Below are positions 39,680 through 52,610 of a stretch of 64,000 nucleotides of DNA, piece after piece. The DNA comes from Octopus vulgaris (Eukaryota). The stretch spans positions 22,878,001 through 22,942,000 of the forward strand of contig OX597837.1 of assembly GCA_951406725.2 (NCBI GenBank). Reading direction: 5' to 3'. The notes under the pieces were generated by a model. It did no database searches. It was given only the letters and a program-made list of their open reading frames with translations, and had not been told where the DNA came from. Within the stretch, counting starts at the first letter, position 1. Each line of letters starts with the position of its first letter. The position numbers and the translations under genes are program-made.

Positions 39680-40033
39680 CAGGTGCAGGTATAGGTGAAG
39701 TTTCGTAAGAAGTTTGCTTTCCAAGCACATGGCTTCAGGTTCAGTCCCACTGCATGGCACCTTAGGCGCCATGCAGTGGGACTGAACCTGAAGCCATGTG
39801 CTGGATGCCCTTCCTAATGCCAACCACTCCAAGTGTGTAGTGGGTGCTTTTACGTGCCACCAGCATGAGGGCCAGTCAGGCGGTACTGGCAACGGCCGCG
39901 CTCAAATGGTGTTTTTACGTGCCACCTGCACAGGAGCCAGTCCATGGCACCTTGGGTGCCATGCAGTGGGACTGGACTTGGAACCATGTGAATAGGAAGT
40001 AAGCTTCTTAACACACAGCCATGCCTGCGCCTA
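39680..40033. other. Composite rearrangement: SINE A head hairpin, copied family-D segment, inverted SINE A head
   Basis: Hairpin at 39724-39802; 39803-39943 is nearly identical to ~38550-38691; an inverted SINE A head follows at 39942-40033. Confidence 0.85.
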
Positions 40034-40316
40034 TATAAACAAACTTTTTTTAGGAATTGGATCTTGAAGCACATGAAGCTATAAATAACAGCATGTAAAT
40101 ATTGGGCTGAAAATTCCTTTTGGACAGAAAAGTCAAAAGCTGCTCAAAGTTTTCTATCCAAAGTTGGTTTTCAACCTAATATTTATGTGCTTTTGTTTAT
40201 ATCTTTATAAGCCTTTTGAGATCTAGTTTCAAAAAACAAAAGGCTTCATGTTCTCTTCAAAGATTATAGATTCTTATAACATCAACTATATATATATATA
40301 TATATATATACATATA

Positions 40317-40547
40317 CAAGGTGGCCCAAAAGTAGGTTTACGGTTATCATGTCGGCACTTCAAATTTCTTTTAAACCATTTTATTACACTTATATTTCTT
40401 ACAAACTGAAAAGGGAGCTTGACAAAATTAACTAAATTAGCATAGAATAATGGTTTCATATTTTTTTATAATTAAGATCTAAACTGTTAATATATGAATG
40501 CAAAAGAGATAGTGGAATAACTGTAAAGCTACTTTTGGGCCACCCTG
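40317..40547. mobile_element. Tc1/mariner-type MITE (TIR related to 28999-29252)
   Basis: TA|caaggtggcccaaaagtaggtttacggtta...taactgtaaagctacttttgggccaccctg|TA. Confidence 0.85.
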
Positions 40548-40582
40548 TACATGCATGTGTGTGTGTATGTATACACACACAC

Positions 40583-40623
<41 letters not shown>

Positions 40624-41163
40624 AAATACAAAATGGGACAAGAACGCAAAACATCCGGACAGTTAGGTGATATAAAAATGGGACAACAAAACTTCCAGAT
40701 ACAAAGTAAACAAGGACGGGTCATTCGAAGTTTTCTTTCCTCAGTCGAGTACCAGATTATCTTCGCAATTTTGGCTGATTATACTCGAGATTGCTCCAAT
40801 CTGGCCAGCCCCAAGGAAAAATTAAGCTAAGAGCATTAGATTCCTTGGAAGAAAGCAGCGAATATATACAAAAAGAAGGACGGAAAAAAAAACGGACAAT
40901 GTTACACAAATGCAATAAAAATAATAACAGGACAACAAAAATAGGAATGGAGAAAATTCCATCTGCAATTGCTGACTACACTGTACATTACTGATGATCA
41001 TTTCTATTGTGCCAGCATATTTAGATATAGAAAAGAGATACAAAATACCAGTCAATATAAGCAAAAATATATGCTAACACATTATCAAGGCAAATTATAG
41101 CCAGCACTATCGAATCACATTTTAAGGTTCTCTTACCCTCAATCTCTTCATACTATATATATA

Positions 41164-41544
41164 GGAGCACTCCGTCGGTTTCGACAATGAGGGTCCCAGC
41201 TGATACGATCAACGGAACAGCTTGCTCGTGATATTAACGTGCAAGTGGCTGAGCACTCCACAGACACGTGTACCCTTAACGTAGTTCTCGAGGAGATTCA
41301 ACGTGACACAGAGTGTGACAAGGCTGGCCCCTTGAAATACAGGTACAAGAGAAACAGGAAGAAAGAGTGAGAGACAGTTGTGGTGAAAGAGTACAGCAGG
41401 GTTCACCACCACCCCCTGCCGGAGCCTTGTGGAGCTTTAGGTGTTTTCGTTCAATAAACACTCACAATGCCCGGTCTGGGAATGGAAACCGCGATCCTCC
41501 GACTGCGAGTCCGCTGCCCTAACCACTGGGCCATTGCGCCTCCA
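41164..41544 (-). mobile_element. tRNA-derived SINE family C (tail variant 1)
   Basis: Minus strand ggaggcgcaatggcccagtggttagggcagcggactcgcagtcggaggatcgcggtttccattccc...cgacggagtgctcc. A headless plus-strand copy lies at 62673-62995. Confidence 0.85.
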
Positions 41545-42408
41545 CTCTCTTCATACACACACTTTTATTAAAGCTACAAAATTACCACAAGACTGTTACT
41601 CAGAGTTTCAAGTTCCCGTTTGGCAGACAGTTGTGATGAAAACTGACAAACAGGCAATGTGAAACTTGTGATAATTTTGCAGTATTAATAAAAGCATATT
41701 ACTCTGCCTTTGCTATTCAAGAACTATTTTTTCCTCCTTGTTTTGCCTTCATGTGCTAACTTGTGTGTGTGTGTGTGTGTGTATATATATTTTTTATTTG
41801 TTTCAGTCATTTGACTGCGGCCTTGCTGGAGCACCGCCTTTAGTCAAGCAAATCGACCCCAGGACTTATTCTTTGTAAGCCTAGTACTTATTCTATCGGT
41901 CTCGCTTGCCGAACCACTAAGTGACGGGGACGCAAATATATGGGCATCGGTTGTCAAGCGATGTTGGGGGGACAAACACAGACACACAAACATATACATA
42001 TATACAATGGGCTTCTTTCAGTTTCCGTCTACCAAATCCACTCACAAGGCTTTGGTTGGCCCGAGGCTATAGTAGAAGACACTTGCCCAAGGTGCCATGC
42101 AATGGGACTGAACCCAGAACCATGTGGTTGGTAAGCAAGCTACTAACCACACAGCCACTCCTGCACCTATATATATATATATATATTTCTTTACTACCCA
42201 CAAGGGGCTAAAGACAGAGATGACAAACAAAGACAGACAAACGGATTAAGTCGAATATATCGACCCAGTGCGTAACTGGTACTTATTTAATCGACCCCAA
42301 AAGGATGAAAGGCAAAGTCGACCTCGGCGGAATTTGAACTCAGAACGTAGCGGCAGACAAAATACGGTTATGCATTTCGCCCGGCCTGCTAACATTTCTG
42401 CCAACTTG

Positions 42409-42489
<81 letters not shown>

Positions 42490-43309
42490 AAAACAGTGTT
42501 AGTGTTGAGCTGCTTTCTTAGCCATTTAATGACAGAGACCAATAAATAAGAATGCAAAACTGAAATCAATGTTGGCATCAATACAAGTGATTGTATTAAG
42601 TAAAAAAAAAAAAAAGAACAAAAAGACCCTTAAAAGTAGTGTCCCAGGATAGTCACATGAGAATCCAGTGGCTGAAACCAGTAAAAGAATAAGCAAATAA
42701 ATAAAAGAAATGCAAAGTAAAACCCAGATTATTTTACATCATTCTAGCATGGACCTAACGAGTAACTAATTCCATGTTGTTAGAAAGCTTGCTACAAATC
42801 TAGTCACATATTAACATCTGATCTTATTAACTTGGTTTCAAAGAGGATCTAATGCTGAGGTCTTTGGACTGAGAAGAGGAGAGGTTTACTCTTTTGAATT
42901 AGGTGAAACCAAATTGTTCTTGAAATTATTCATTTCCCATCAAAGTTTATCATTATCGTCGTGAATGCCGCTTGTTATACATTCCATCAACTGATGTAGA
43001 CATAAATTACATGTTTTACAAATTTGCAAAATTGGCCAATTTCTGTTGATAGCACAGGATACACATATACATGCAAGTGTACACACACAGACACAGACAT
43101 ATAGGAGACACAGGACATAGACACATACAATACTCTGACACACACACACAGGGCATGGACAGACAGACAGACATACACGTGTGTGGACACACATGCACGT
43201 GTAAGATTGTTCTTGGTTTATAGAATTTGTATTTAGTGTGTTAGATGAATGTGGCTCCATCGACAAATTGTGAACTCACCACCACTTTTACTAGTTGTTA
43301 GTAGCTAAC

Positions 43310-43655
43310 TGGAGAGAAAGTAAGAGGAGAGAAAGTGAGGAGGGAGGGAGGAAGCAAGAGGAGGGGTAAAGTAAGAAGGGGAGAAAGGAGGAGGGGGAAA
43401 AAGCAAGAGGGAGAGAAAGCAAAAGGGGAGAAAGTAGGACAAAGGGGAAAAGCGAGAAGAGGAGAAAGGAGGAGGGGAATAAAGCGAATTGTGAAAGGGG
43501 GTAGGAAGTGAGAGGGGGTGAAAGTGAGAAGGGGAGAGAGAGCAAGAAGGGGAAAGAGCAAAAAGGGGAAGAGAGCGAGAAAGAGAAGAGTGCAAAAAGG
43601 GGAGGTAAGAGGGGAAGAGAGTGAGAGGCAGAAAAGCAAGGAGAGAAAGGAGGAG
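43310..43655. repeat. Polypurine (GA-rich) low-complexity tract
   Basis: About 350 bp that is almost entirely A/G on the plus strand. Confidence 0.9.
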
Positions 43656-43927
43656 ATCCTCATGGATCCCTCAAGATTAATGAGACTGACACTATTAACA
43701 GCTCTCTTAAACAGTTGCAAAGTGGGAATTCCAGAATGCTGGCATTTTGTGGAGCGAAATGCTGAGTGCAGACATTAGTAAAGTGCATAGGGGGGAAACG
43801 GTGGACAAAATAACGGTGGGGTTGTAAGAGCAGAACTATTCTGAGGTAAGAGCAATACCATCCCAGATGTAGGAGCAACAGTGTCCCAGATGTGGAAATA
43901 GCGCTGTCTTAGGTATAGGTAAAGATT

Positions 43928-44128
43928 ACCTTCTTGAGTCATGTCAACTGGTTTCCATGGCGTATAAATTGCCCACCTGGACAGGACACCAGTCCGTCGC
44001 AGGATTACTCATTTTTGCCAGCTGAGTGGAAGCAATGTGAAATGAAGTGTTTTGCTCAAGAACACAATGTGTCACCCGGTCCAGGAATCAAAACCACAAT
44101 CTTACGATCTTAAGTCACGCACCTCCAC
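43928..44128 (-). mobile_element. SINE-like element (gtgttcttgagcaa..cactt core) carrying the tail of 4329-4634
   Basis: The core ...ttgagcaaaacacttcatttcacattgct...cactcagctg is shared with 52948-53240 and 55230-55495. The tail cctgcgacggac...ccaggtggg...catggaaacc...ctcaagaagg is shared with 4329-4440. Confidence 0.65.
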
Positions 44129-47100
44129 CTCTCAAGCGTAGGAACAATACCATTGTAGAAGTAGGAGCAACACTGTCCCAGCTATGGGAGAAATACCATT
44201 GTAGAAGTGGTAGCATCACATCTTAGATATTGAGGCAACACTCTAATATGAGTCTTACTCAAACTTTGTAGAGGATCAGTAGTGGCTGGGAGAAAAAGTA
44301 TATTTTTTCCTTAGCTCTAAAGAAGGAAGGCAAATCATTTCTATATTGATGATGTGCATTTGTCAGGAGAGATTCTCAGTTGATTTCTAGCTTGTGAAAC
44401 AACTGTGAAAGATTTAGTTATGTGTTATTTCACAACCATCGCAGTGCAAAGCGCTCCTCATTAATGCAGTTTGTGAGAAGGTTGCGATCTGTAAACAGTT
44501 GTAAGTAGGAACCAGAAAAAAGAAGAATAAACATGTAAATTGAATTCGTAAAAAGGAAAAAAAGAATAAAAACGCACTATGTATGTCAAAATAAAATGGA
44601 AGAGATGAATAAGAACACGATGTCAAGCAAGTTACATGATGGTCAGCATGCCATATCTGGTACCAATATCACACAGCTTTGCTGCAATTTTCTTGTTGAT
44701 CATGTTGAGGGAGTATAGGTGGTGGTGTACAATAGTATTTCTTTTGACATTGATTATGTCTTTGTTGCCAAAACAGACACAACTGACCTGACACTCTTGA
44801 AGGATGATTACAAATTTCTGTTTAAGGAGTCAGAATAGATTTGGTGTGAGAGGTCAAGATTGTATGTGGTCGACGCTTAGGATGCATCAAAGTTGAAAAA
44901 AAAAACAGCGCAGGAGTGGCTGTGTGGTAAGTAGCTTGTTTACCAACGACATGGTTCTGGGTTCAGTCCCACTGCGTAGCACCTTGGGCAAGTGTCTTCT
45001 ACTATAGCCTCGGGCCGATCAAAGCCTTGTGAGTGGATTTGGTAGACGGAAACTGAAAGAAGCCCGTCGTATATATGTATATATATATATGCGTGTGTGT
45101 GTTTGTGTGTCTGTGTTTGTTCCCCTAGCATTGCTTGACAACCGATGCTGGTGTGTTTGTGTCCCCGTTACTTAGCGGTTTGGCAAAAGAGACCGATAGA
45201 ATAAGTACTGGGCTTACAAAAGAATAAGTCCCGGGGTCGAGTTGTTCGATTAAAGGCGGTGTTCCAGCATGGCCACAGTCAAATGACTGAAACAAGTAAA
45301 AGAGTAAAAGAGTAAGAGAGAGTGTGTCCGATGGAGCTCCGTCAACATATGCCATCCAGTGTGATCTAACAGGGAGCCATTAATCTAAAGGATGGGAGAC
45401 AGATGGAATGCATGAGTGAGCAGTTTTGACAGAAAACTCATGTTAGCCATGGTCAGATCCTTTACTGGTGTTGACAGTTTTCACCAGATTTCTCAACTGT
45501 GACTGACCATTGGTGATTGACATAGGAGAGAAGGCAGACAGTAGGTGTGATTATATGCAAACTGTGTAGGTGGTTGTTAATGTAGGAGGTTTAAGGTGTA
45601 AATGGCTGTCTCTATCACCTTTGAGATATAGCGATGGCAGTGAGTAGGGTCAGAGGGGTTGTTCTTCCTGAGAAATGGATACATTGGAATGTCTTCCCAA
45701 AGATCAGGATAGATTGCCGAGGAGAGAAAGAGGAAGAGAGAAAAAGAGGTAGAAGAGTTTGGTGTGGGTGGGTGGCAACTAAGGAGAGCACTATTTGAGA
45801 GTAATAGAAGGGACATTATCAGGGCCGGCAGCCTTGTTGATTTGAAGTGACTGTAGATATTTTTGTGCTTGGCTGAAAAGTGGAGGAAATAAGGATTGTG
45901 TAAGATTGGCAGGGGTCCTTTTAGCAAGGGACTGAAAGAGTTAATTGTAGTTGAAGAGGTGGGGGGGGGGGGAACTCGTTAAAGTTGCAGAAACAAGTAA
46001 AAGTCATCCAGTTTGTAAGGTAGGCAATTTTCTTGCCTGCACAAATTGGATTGTGGCTATGAGCAAACTATTTTGTAGATCGACTTGGGGTTGTGAGTTT
46101 TGCCTCTGAATAGGATAATGAAGTGATATACTTTAGAGGATGGCTTGGCTATGTTTACATACCTTGCTGTTTCTTATTTCTTTATTGCCCACAAGGGGCT
46201 AAACATAGAGGGGCAAACAAAGACAAAGGGATTAAGTCGATTACATCGACCTCAGTGTGTAACTGGTACTTAATTTATCGACCCCGAAAGGATGAAAGGC
46301 AAAGTCAACCTCGGCAGAATTTGAACTCAAAACATAACGGCAGATGAAATACTGCCAAGCATTTCGCCCGACTTGCTAACATTTCTGCCAGCTTGCACAT
46401 ACTTTGCTGTGTCTGATAGGTTAAGTGCAAAGTACAGGGGCTATCAGGGAAAGTTGACATAGAAATGTCAGAGCTGTGACCAGTCAAGTGACTTGATGCA
46501 TTATAAAGGTCTCAGAGGTAGGGTGGGGTAGGGGAAGGCATTTTATACTATTTGTGTTTGAGTTGTTACAATAAAGCAGTGGAAAGAAGACCCAACATGT
46601 GCAGAGATGCCAATCTGGAAGTGCTTAGGGTAGGGGATAAGAACGATGTTCTGCAAGTAGGTGATGAAACTATTTGATGTGGAAAGTTAAGGATTGCATT
46701 GCAAAAGTTTCTGTATCTGCACTAGCTGCATAAATAGCAGTGCATAAAAGCAAAGTGTAAGAAAGTTTCTAAGTGCTGAGATCACAGAGGACAATGGGCT
46801 TAACCTCTTTTGTTACTATATTTCTGTCAACAGCATGACCCCAGCATGGCCGCAGCCTTCGGGCTAAAACATTTTTAAGGATTTAAGGATATGCTGTCTT
46901 TGTTTCAATTAATTTTTAAAATAATTCTTTTCTTCTTTTACTTGTTTCAGTCTGTGGACTGTGGCCATGCTGTAGCACTGCCTTGAATTTTTAATCAACA
47001 AATCGACCCCAGGACTTGTTTTCTTAAAGCCTAGTACTTATCAGTCTCTTTTGCTGAACCACATAAGTTATGGGGATGTAAACACACGAACACCAGTTGT

Positions 47101-47753
47101 CAAGCAGTGATGGGGGAACAAACATGGACACAAACGATACACACACACATCACATATATGTATACAACAGGCTTCTTTCAGTTTCTGTATACCAAATACA
47201 TGGACAAGGCTTTGGTTGGCTTGAGACTAAAGTAGAAGATAATTGCCCAAGGTGCCATGCAATGGGACTGAACCTGGAACTATGTGGTAGGGAAGCGAGC
47301 TCTTTACCACACAACCACACCTGCATCTAATGAAGTATTTAGTGAAATAACTTTATCATTATTAAGCTGGGGTTTGAAACAAATTAGCATAAAATTTTGA
47401 TGGAAGATTATAATTGAGACTACTTTAAAACAGTAAGCTTACATTAGAGGACCTGGGGCAGTCTCAAACAGGTTGATTTCAAAAGAGTTAAAGAGGGGTG
47501 AAATGAAGTGGATGTCTTCAGTGCAGGAAAAGACATGGCTGGAAAGTTGGTGGTAGTTGAATGAGTTTAGAAAGCGGTGGTGGATAAATATGCATAGAGA
47601 AGAGTGGAGAAGAGGGGCTTTGAGAGAGAGAGAGTAACTGAAAGTCATCGTTGCTGTTGTCTAGGTTAGAAAAATGAGTGGTGAAGAAAGAAAAATCCAC
47701 ACATGGGTAGGTAGTATCTTTTGACCTGAAGCTTAAATAAGAGCTGATGTAAT

Positions 47754-48330
47754 TTGGACAGAAAGAGAATAGCTGAGACATGTGAGATTGGTTGAGTGAT
47801 AGGAGAATGGTCAAGAGATATGACAATGGTTGAGAGATAGGAGAATGGGAGAGAGATAGGAGAATGGGCGAGAGATAGGAGAATGGGAGAGAGATAGGAG
47901 AATGGGCGAGAGATAGGAGAATGGGCGAGAGACAGGAGAATTGGCGAGAGACAGGAGAATGGGCGAGAGATAGGAGAATGGGCGAGAGATAGGAGAATAG
48001 GTGAGAGACAGGAGAATGGGCAAGAGATAGGAGAATAGGCGAGAAATAGGAGAATGGGCGAGAGATAGGAGAACGGGCGAGAGATAGGAGAATGGGCAAG
48101 AGATACAAGAATGGTCGAGAAATAGGAGAATGGCGAGAGATATGACAATGGGCGAGAGATAGGAGAATGGGAGAGAGATAGGAGAATGGGCGAGAGACAG
48201 GAGAATGGGTGAGAAACAGGAGAATGGGCGAGAGATAGGAGAATAGGCGAGAGACAGGAGAATGGGCAAGAGATATGAGAATGGGCGAGAGATATGAGAA
48301 TGGTTGAGAAATAGGAGTAAGGTTGACAAA
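47754..48330. repeat. 19-bp minisatellite array 1 (gggcgagagataggagaat)
   Basis: About 29 tandem 19-bp units; explains the 19-aa-periodic ORFs in three minus frames. Confidence 0.93.
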
Positions 48331-49546
48331 TATGAGTCTTGGACAATAACAGTATGGGTAATTTGCACGCTGTGTGTGTGTGGGGGAGCTTATGTGACTG
48401 TTTTATTAGTCAGGATAATTGTCATTTATAGATTTATCTATAAGGCTTTGTTGGAGATTTAGGAATGCAAATGGTTCTTCACATCTTTTATTGATGCTGC
48501 AGGTGTGGGTAAGTGAGAGATGTAGATTAGTCCTTAGATCAAATGTAACTTGTATTGTTCACTCAAAATGTGACACCTGTATCATTTTCTGGCAGCAAAA
48601 AAAAAAAAAATTTTTTTAAATAATAAAATAAACAACACAAAAACTGTTTCTACCTCCACGGGGACCAATCAGCAGTTAACGGAATCCCTTGGAACAAATA
48701 TTATCAGATGCTGTTGCCAATAATATTTGTTAACCCTTCCCCCCACCACCACACACTCCCTGGCATCAAATGAAAAGAAAACAAAAACATTCTGTAGTTG
48801 CTAGTTTGAATTCTGTAAGTATTGTGTTGATCATGATTAGGATAAACGACTTATATCAATATATTTGTTTTCAGGCGTAAGCTGTTTGGTGAACACCACA
48901 CTTGAGTAGTGCGTAGATGAAGTGTTAGATTGCTTTGATGTCCGGCCATTCATGCTGTGTAGTAAAGATTGTTTGCCAACATAACATGGCAGTCCTGGTT
49001 TAGGACCAATGTTGCTCTAATTTAGCCTCAGGAGACGTCATCTCCAGCTGGCTATACGACATGATCTGTGTCCTTATATTTTTGAACAAGGGAATCTAGC
49101 AATCCCACTCAGCTCAGAACAATATCTGTGTATCGCGATTTCTGGGTTATTTCCCTTCATCAGCACAGAATAATTGCTCGGCTAGAGGTGGTGCTGCCGA
49201 ATTCTCGCTTGAAGTACTGTTGCTGAATATCTCACATTGTGAGATTTAAAAATAGTAATTTTTGATATTCATGCTGTTCCTGAGTCTCTTTTAAATGGTT
49301 TCAAATTTTGGCACAAGGCCAGTAATTTTGGGGGCATAGGTTAAGTCGATTACACCAATCCCAGTGCTGGGCTGATACTTATTTTATTGATCTCCACCAA
49401 AAAAGATGAAAGGGAAAGATGACCTTTGCGGAATTTCCACACAGAACATAAAGATGGACAAAATGCAGTTAAGCATTTTGTCTGGCATGCTAATGATTCG
49501 CAAAATTTGCTGCTTTAGAATCTCTTTTAATTGAAAAGGGAGGTTA

Positions 49547-50015
49547 TTGGACAAACAGAGAATAGCTGAGACGTATGAGAATGGTTGAGAGATACGAGAA
49601 TGGTCGAGAGATGCGAGAATGGTGGAGAGATATGAGAATGGTTGAGAGACAAGAGAATGGTCAAGAGATATGAGAATGGTTGAGAGATAGGAGAATGGTT
49701 GAGAAATACAAGAATGGTGGAGAGATGCGAGAATGGTCAAGAGATATAAGAATGGTTGAGAGATAGGAGAATGGTTGAGAGATACAAGAATGGTGGAGAG
49801 ATGCAAGAATGGTCGAGAGATATGAGAATGGTTGAGAGATAGGAGAATGGTGGAGAGATACAAGAATGGTGGAGAGATGCGAGAATGGTCGAGAGATAGG
49901 AGAATGGTTGAGAGATAGGAGAATGGTTGAGAGATAGGAGAATGGTTGAGAGATGCGACAATGGTCGAGAGATGCGAGAATGGTTGAGAGATAGGAGAAT
50001 GGTTGAGAGATACAA
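49547..50015. repeat. 19-bp minisatellite array 2 (ggttgagagataggagaat)
   Basis: About 24 tandem 19-bp units with the same leader as array 1. Confidence 0.93.
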
Positions 50016-50749
50016 GCTCTTCTAAACCCATTGCAATGCTGGAAACCTTTCTGCATCATCAGCAGGTATCTCACGGTCACAAATGTTTCAGCCTTAGCCT
50101 GTACACTTCACCTGAGTGGGGCAGCAAGGACTGAACTAGTGTTCATCATATTTATTTATCCCCAATTAAACCAGGATGTTGTGTTAGAACAAACTATACT
50201 GAGGTAGATAGCATGAGAGAAACTCTCACATTGTCATTTTGGTGCAAAATGCTATCGTTTATACCACAAGTGAGGAAATAAACCCCCACCACCTCAAGCA
50301 CTGAGACCAGCAGATCATGTGATTTCAACGATCCTTGGTTTTGTCAATGATGGACACGTGATTGCTAGAAACAGCAGTGACTCATTTCCCCACGAGTGAT
50401 ATATAGACTAACAGTGCCATTAGAAAGTGAACTTGTTAAAAAAAATATATATACCAGTGACAGAGGCAGTATTAATATCAAGTTGAGAAATCTCACATCT
50501 CTTATCTATGGTTCATCTCTGATGTCCATGACGTGCACACTTTTTACCTTTTTATGTCAGCTGAAAGGAGGTGGTGCCAAGGCACACATGAATCCCACTC
50601 TGTTCCCTTTCATCTAGCATTAAAGTCACCTTTCTCTACTTTTCCAAAAGCATCTACTGCCTGAAAACGAGATAACCTGATTAAAACCCCCAACACCATC
50701 ACGCACTATTACTACTACTACTACTACTACTAATAATAATAATAATAAT

Positions 50750-52610
50750 AATTCTTTCTACTATAGGCACAAGGCCTGAAATTTGGGGGAAGAGGATAGT
50801 TGATTACACTGACTCCAGTACTCAACCACGATGGAATTAGACCAAGGTGGTGAGCTGGCAGAAACATTAGCATGCCAAGCGAAATGCTTAGCAGTATTTC
50901 GTCTGCCATTACGTTCTGAGTTCAAATTCCGCTGAGGTTGAATTTGCCTTTCATCCTTTCAGGGTCGATAAATTAAGTATCAGTTACGCACTGGGGTCGA
51001 TCTAATCAACTTAATCTCTTTGTCTGTCCTTGTTTGTCCCCTCCATATTTAGCCCCTTGTGGGCAATAAAGAAATAGGAATTAGACCTCTGAATGTAAAG
51101 ATGGCTGAAATGCCGCTAAGCATTTTGCCTGGTATGCTAAGGATTGTGCCAGCTCATTGCCCTAATAATAATAATAATAATAATAATAATTTCTATTTTA
51201 CACACAAGGCCTGAAATTCTAGGGGAAGTGGGTAGTTAATTACTTTGATCTCAGTGCTCGACTGGTATGTATTTTATTGATCAATCGATAGAGAGACAGA
51301 TATGCATATAACACGTGTGTGTGAGAGAGAGAGAGAAAGAGAGATTTATGTAGAATCCAGTGTTTTAATACTGGAATACATTAAAAGATGTCTAAGTGAC
51401 TGAGAGGAGTTGTTTGTTAAGACTATAATTTTTCCAGACTATTAACTTTGTCATCAGAATCTATATTTACATTATTTATTGTAAATATTCATCAAAACCA
51501 AGATGAAAAGCAAAACTGACAAAGCTTAAATACCACAAGGCATTTTAATCTACTGCTCTACTGTTTATTACTGCCATCCAGTGTCCTGAAAACAAGATAA
51601 CCTGATTAAAACCACCACCACTACCACCATAATAATAATAAAAATAATGATGATGATAATAAAATAATAATAATTTTTACTACTAAAAGCACAAGGTCTG
51701 AAATTTGGTGGGAGAGGACTGGGCGATTATATCGATTCCAGTGTTCCAAGGTGGCGAGCGGGCAGAAACGTTAGCACGCCGGGTGAAATGCGTAGCCGTA
51801 TTTTGTCTGTCGTTACGTTCTGAGTTCAAATTCCGCTGTGGTCGACTTTGCCTTTAATCCTTTCGGGGTCGATAAATTAAGTACCAGTTACGCACTGGAG
51901 TCGATGTAATCGACTTAATCTGTTTGTCCTCATTTGTCCCTTCTGTGTTTAGCCCCTTGTGGGTAGTAAAGAAATATATATTGATTCCAGTGTTTTACTG
52001 GTACTTAATCTATTGACCCTGAAAAGATGAAAGGTCAAGTTGACCTTGGCATAATTTGAACTCAGAATGTAGAGATGGATGAAATGCTGCTAAGCATTTT
52101 ACCCAGTGTGCTAATGATTCTGCCAGCTTGCCACCTAAACAATAATAATAATAATGATTTCAAATTTTGGTACTAGATCAACAAGTTTGGGGTTTGATTA
52201 CATTGATCTCAGTATTCAACTGGTACTTATTTTATTGACCCTAAAATGATGAAGGGCAAAGTTAGCCTTGGCAGAATTTAAACTCAAGGCGGCAAGTTGA
52301 CAGAAACGTTAGCAAGCTGGGTGAAATGCTTTGTGGTATTTCGTCCGCCACTGCGTTCTGAGTTCAAATTCCGCCGAGGTCGACTTTGCCTTTCATCCTT
52401 TCGGGGTCGATAAATTAAGTACCAGTTACGCACTGGGGTCGATGTAATCGACTTAATCCCTTTGTCTGTCCTTGTTTGTCTCCTCTGTGTTTAGCCCCTT
52501 GTGGGCAATAAAGAAATAAGAATTTAAACTCAGAATGTAAAACCAGAAGGAACAACACTGAGCATTTTGGCCAGTATGCTAATGATTCTGTCAATATGCC
52601 ACCTTCACCA
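50750..52610. mobile_element. Three SINE-B (tail 2, +) copies, each nested antisense in an older SINE-B (-)
   Basis: Inner copies at ~50843-51076, ~51748-51975 and ~52285-52518, with TSDs ggaattagacc, gattccagtgtt and agaatttaaactca. Confidence 0.85.

Noticed and set aside
41470-41544. tRNA gene
   Set aside because: The A/B-box tRNA-like head runs into a SINE body, and no convincing acceptor stem or terminator is present. The same applies to SINE A and B heads.
44630-46800. Possible highly degraded Penelope-like RT/GIY-YIG remnants
   Set aside because: Only faint motifs are visible (for example GTNITQLCCNFLVDHVE). This is too degenerate to call without a translated search.
47518-50080. Long periodic ORFs (140-226 aa), and the arrays as a possible CRISPR or repeat protein
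   Set aside because: They are contiguous 19-bp tandem units with no unique spacers, open in all minus frames simply because the unit lacks stops. The context is eukaryotic and no cas genes are present.
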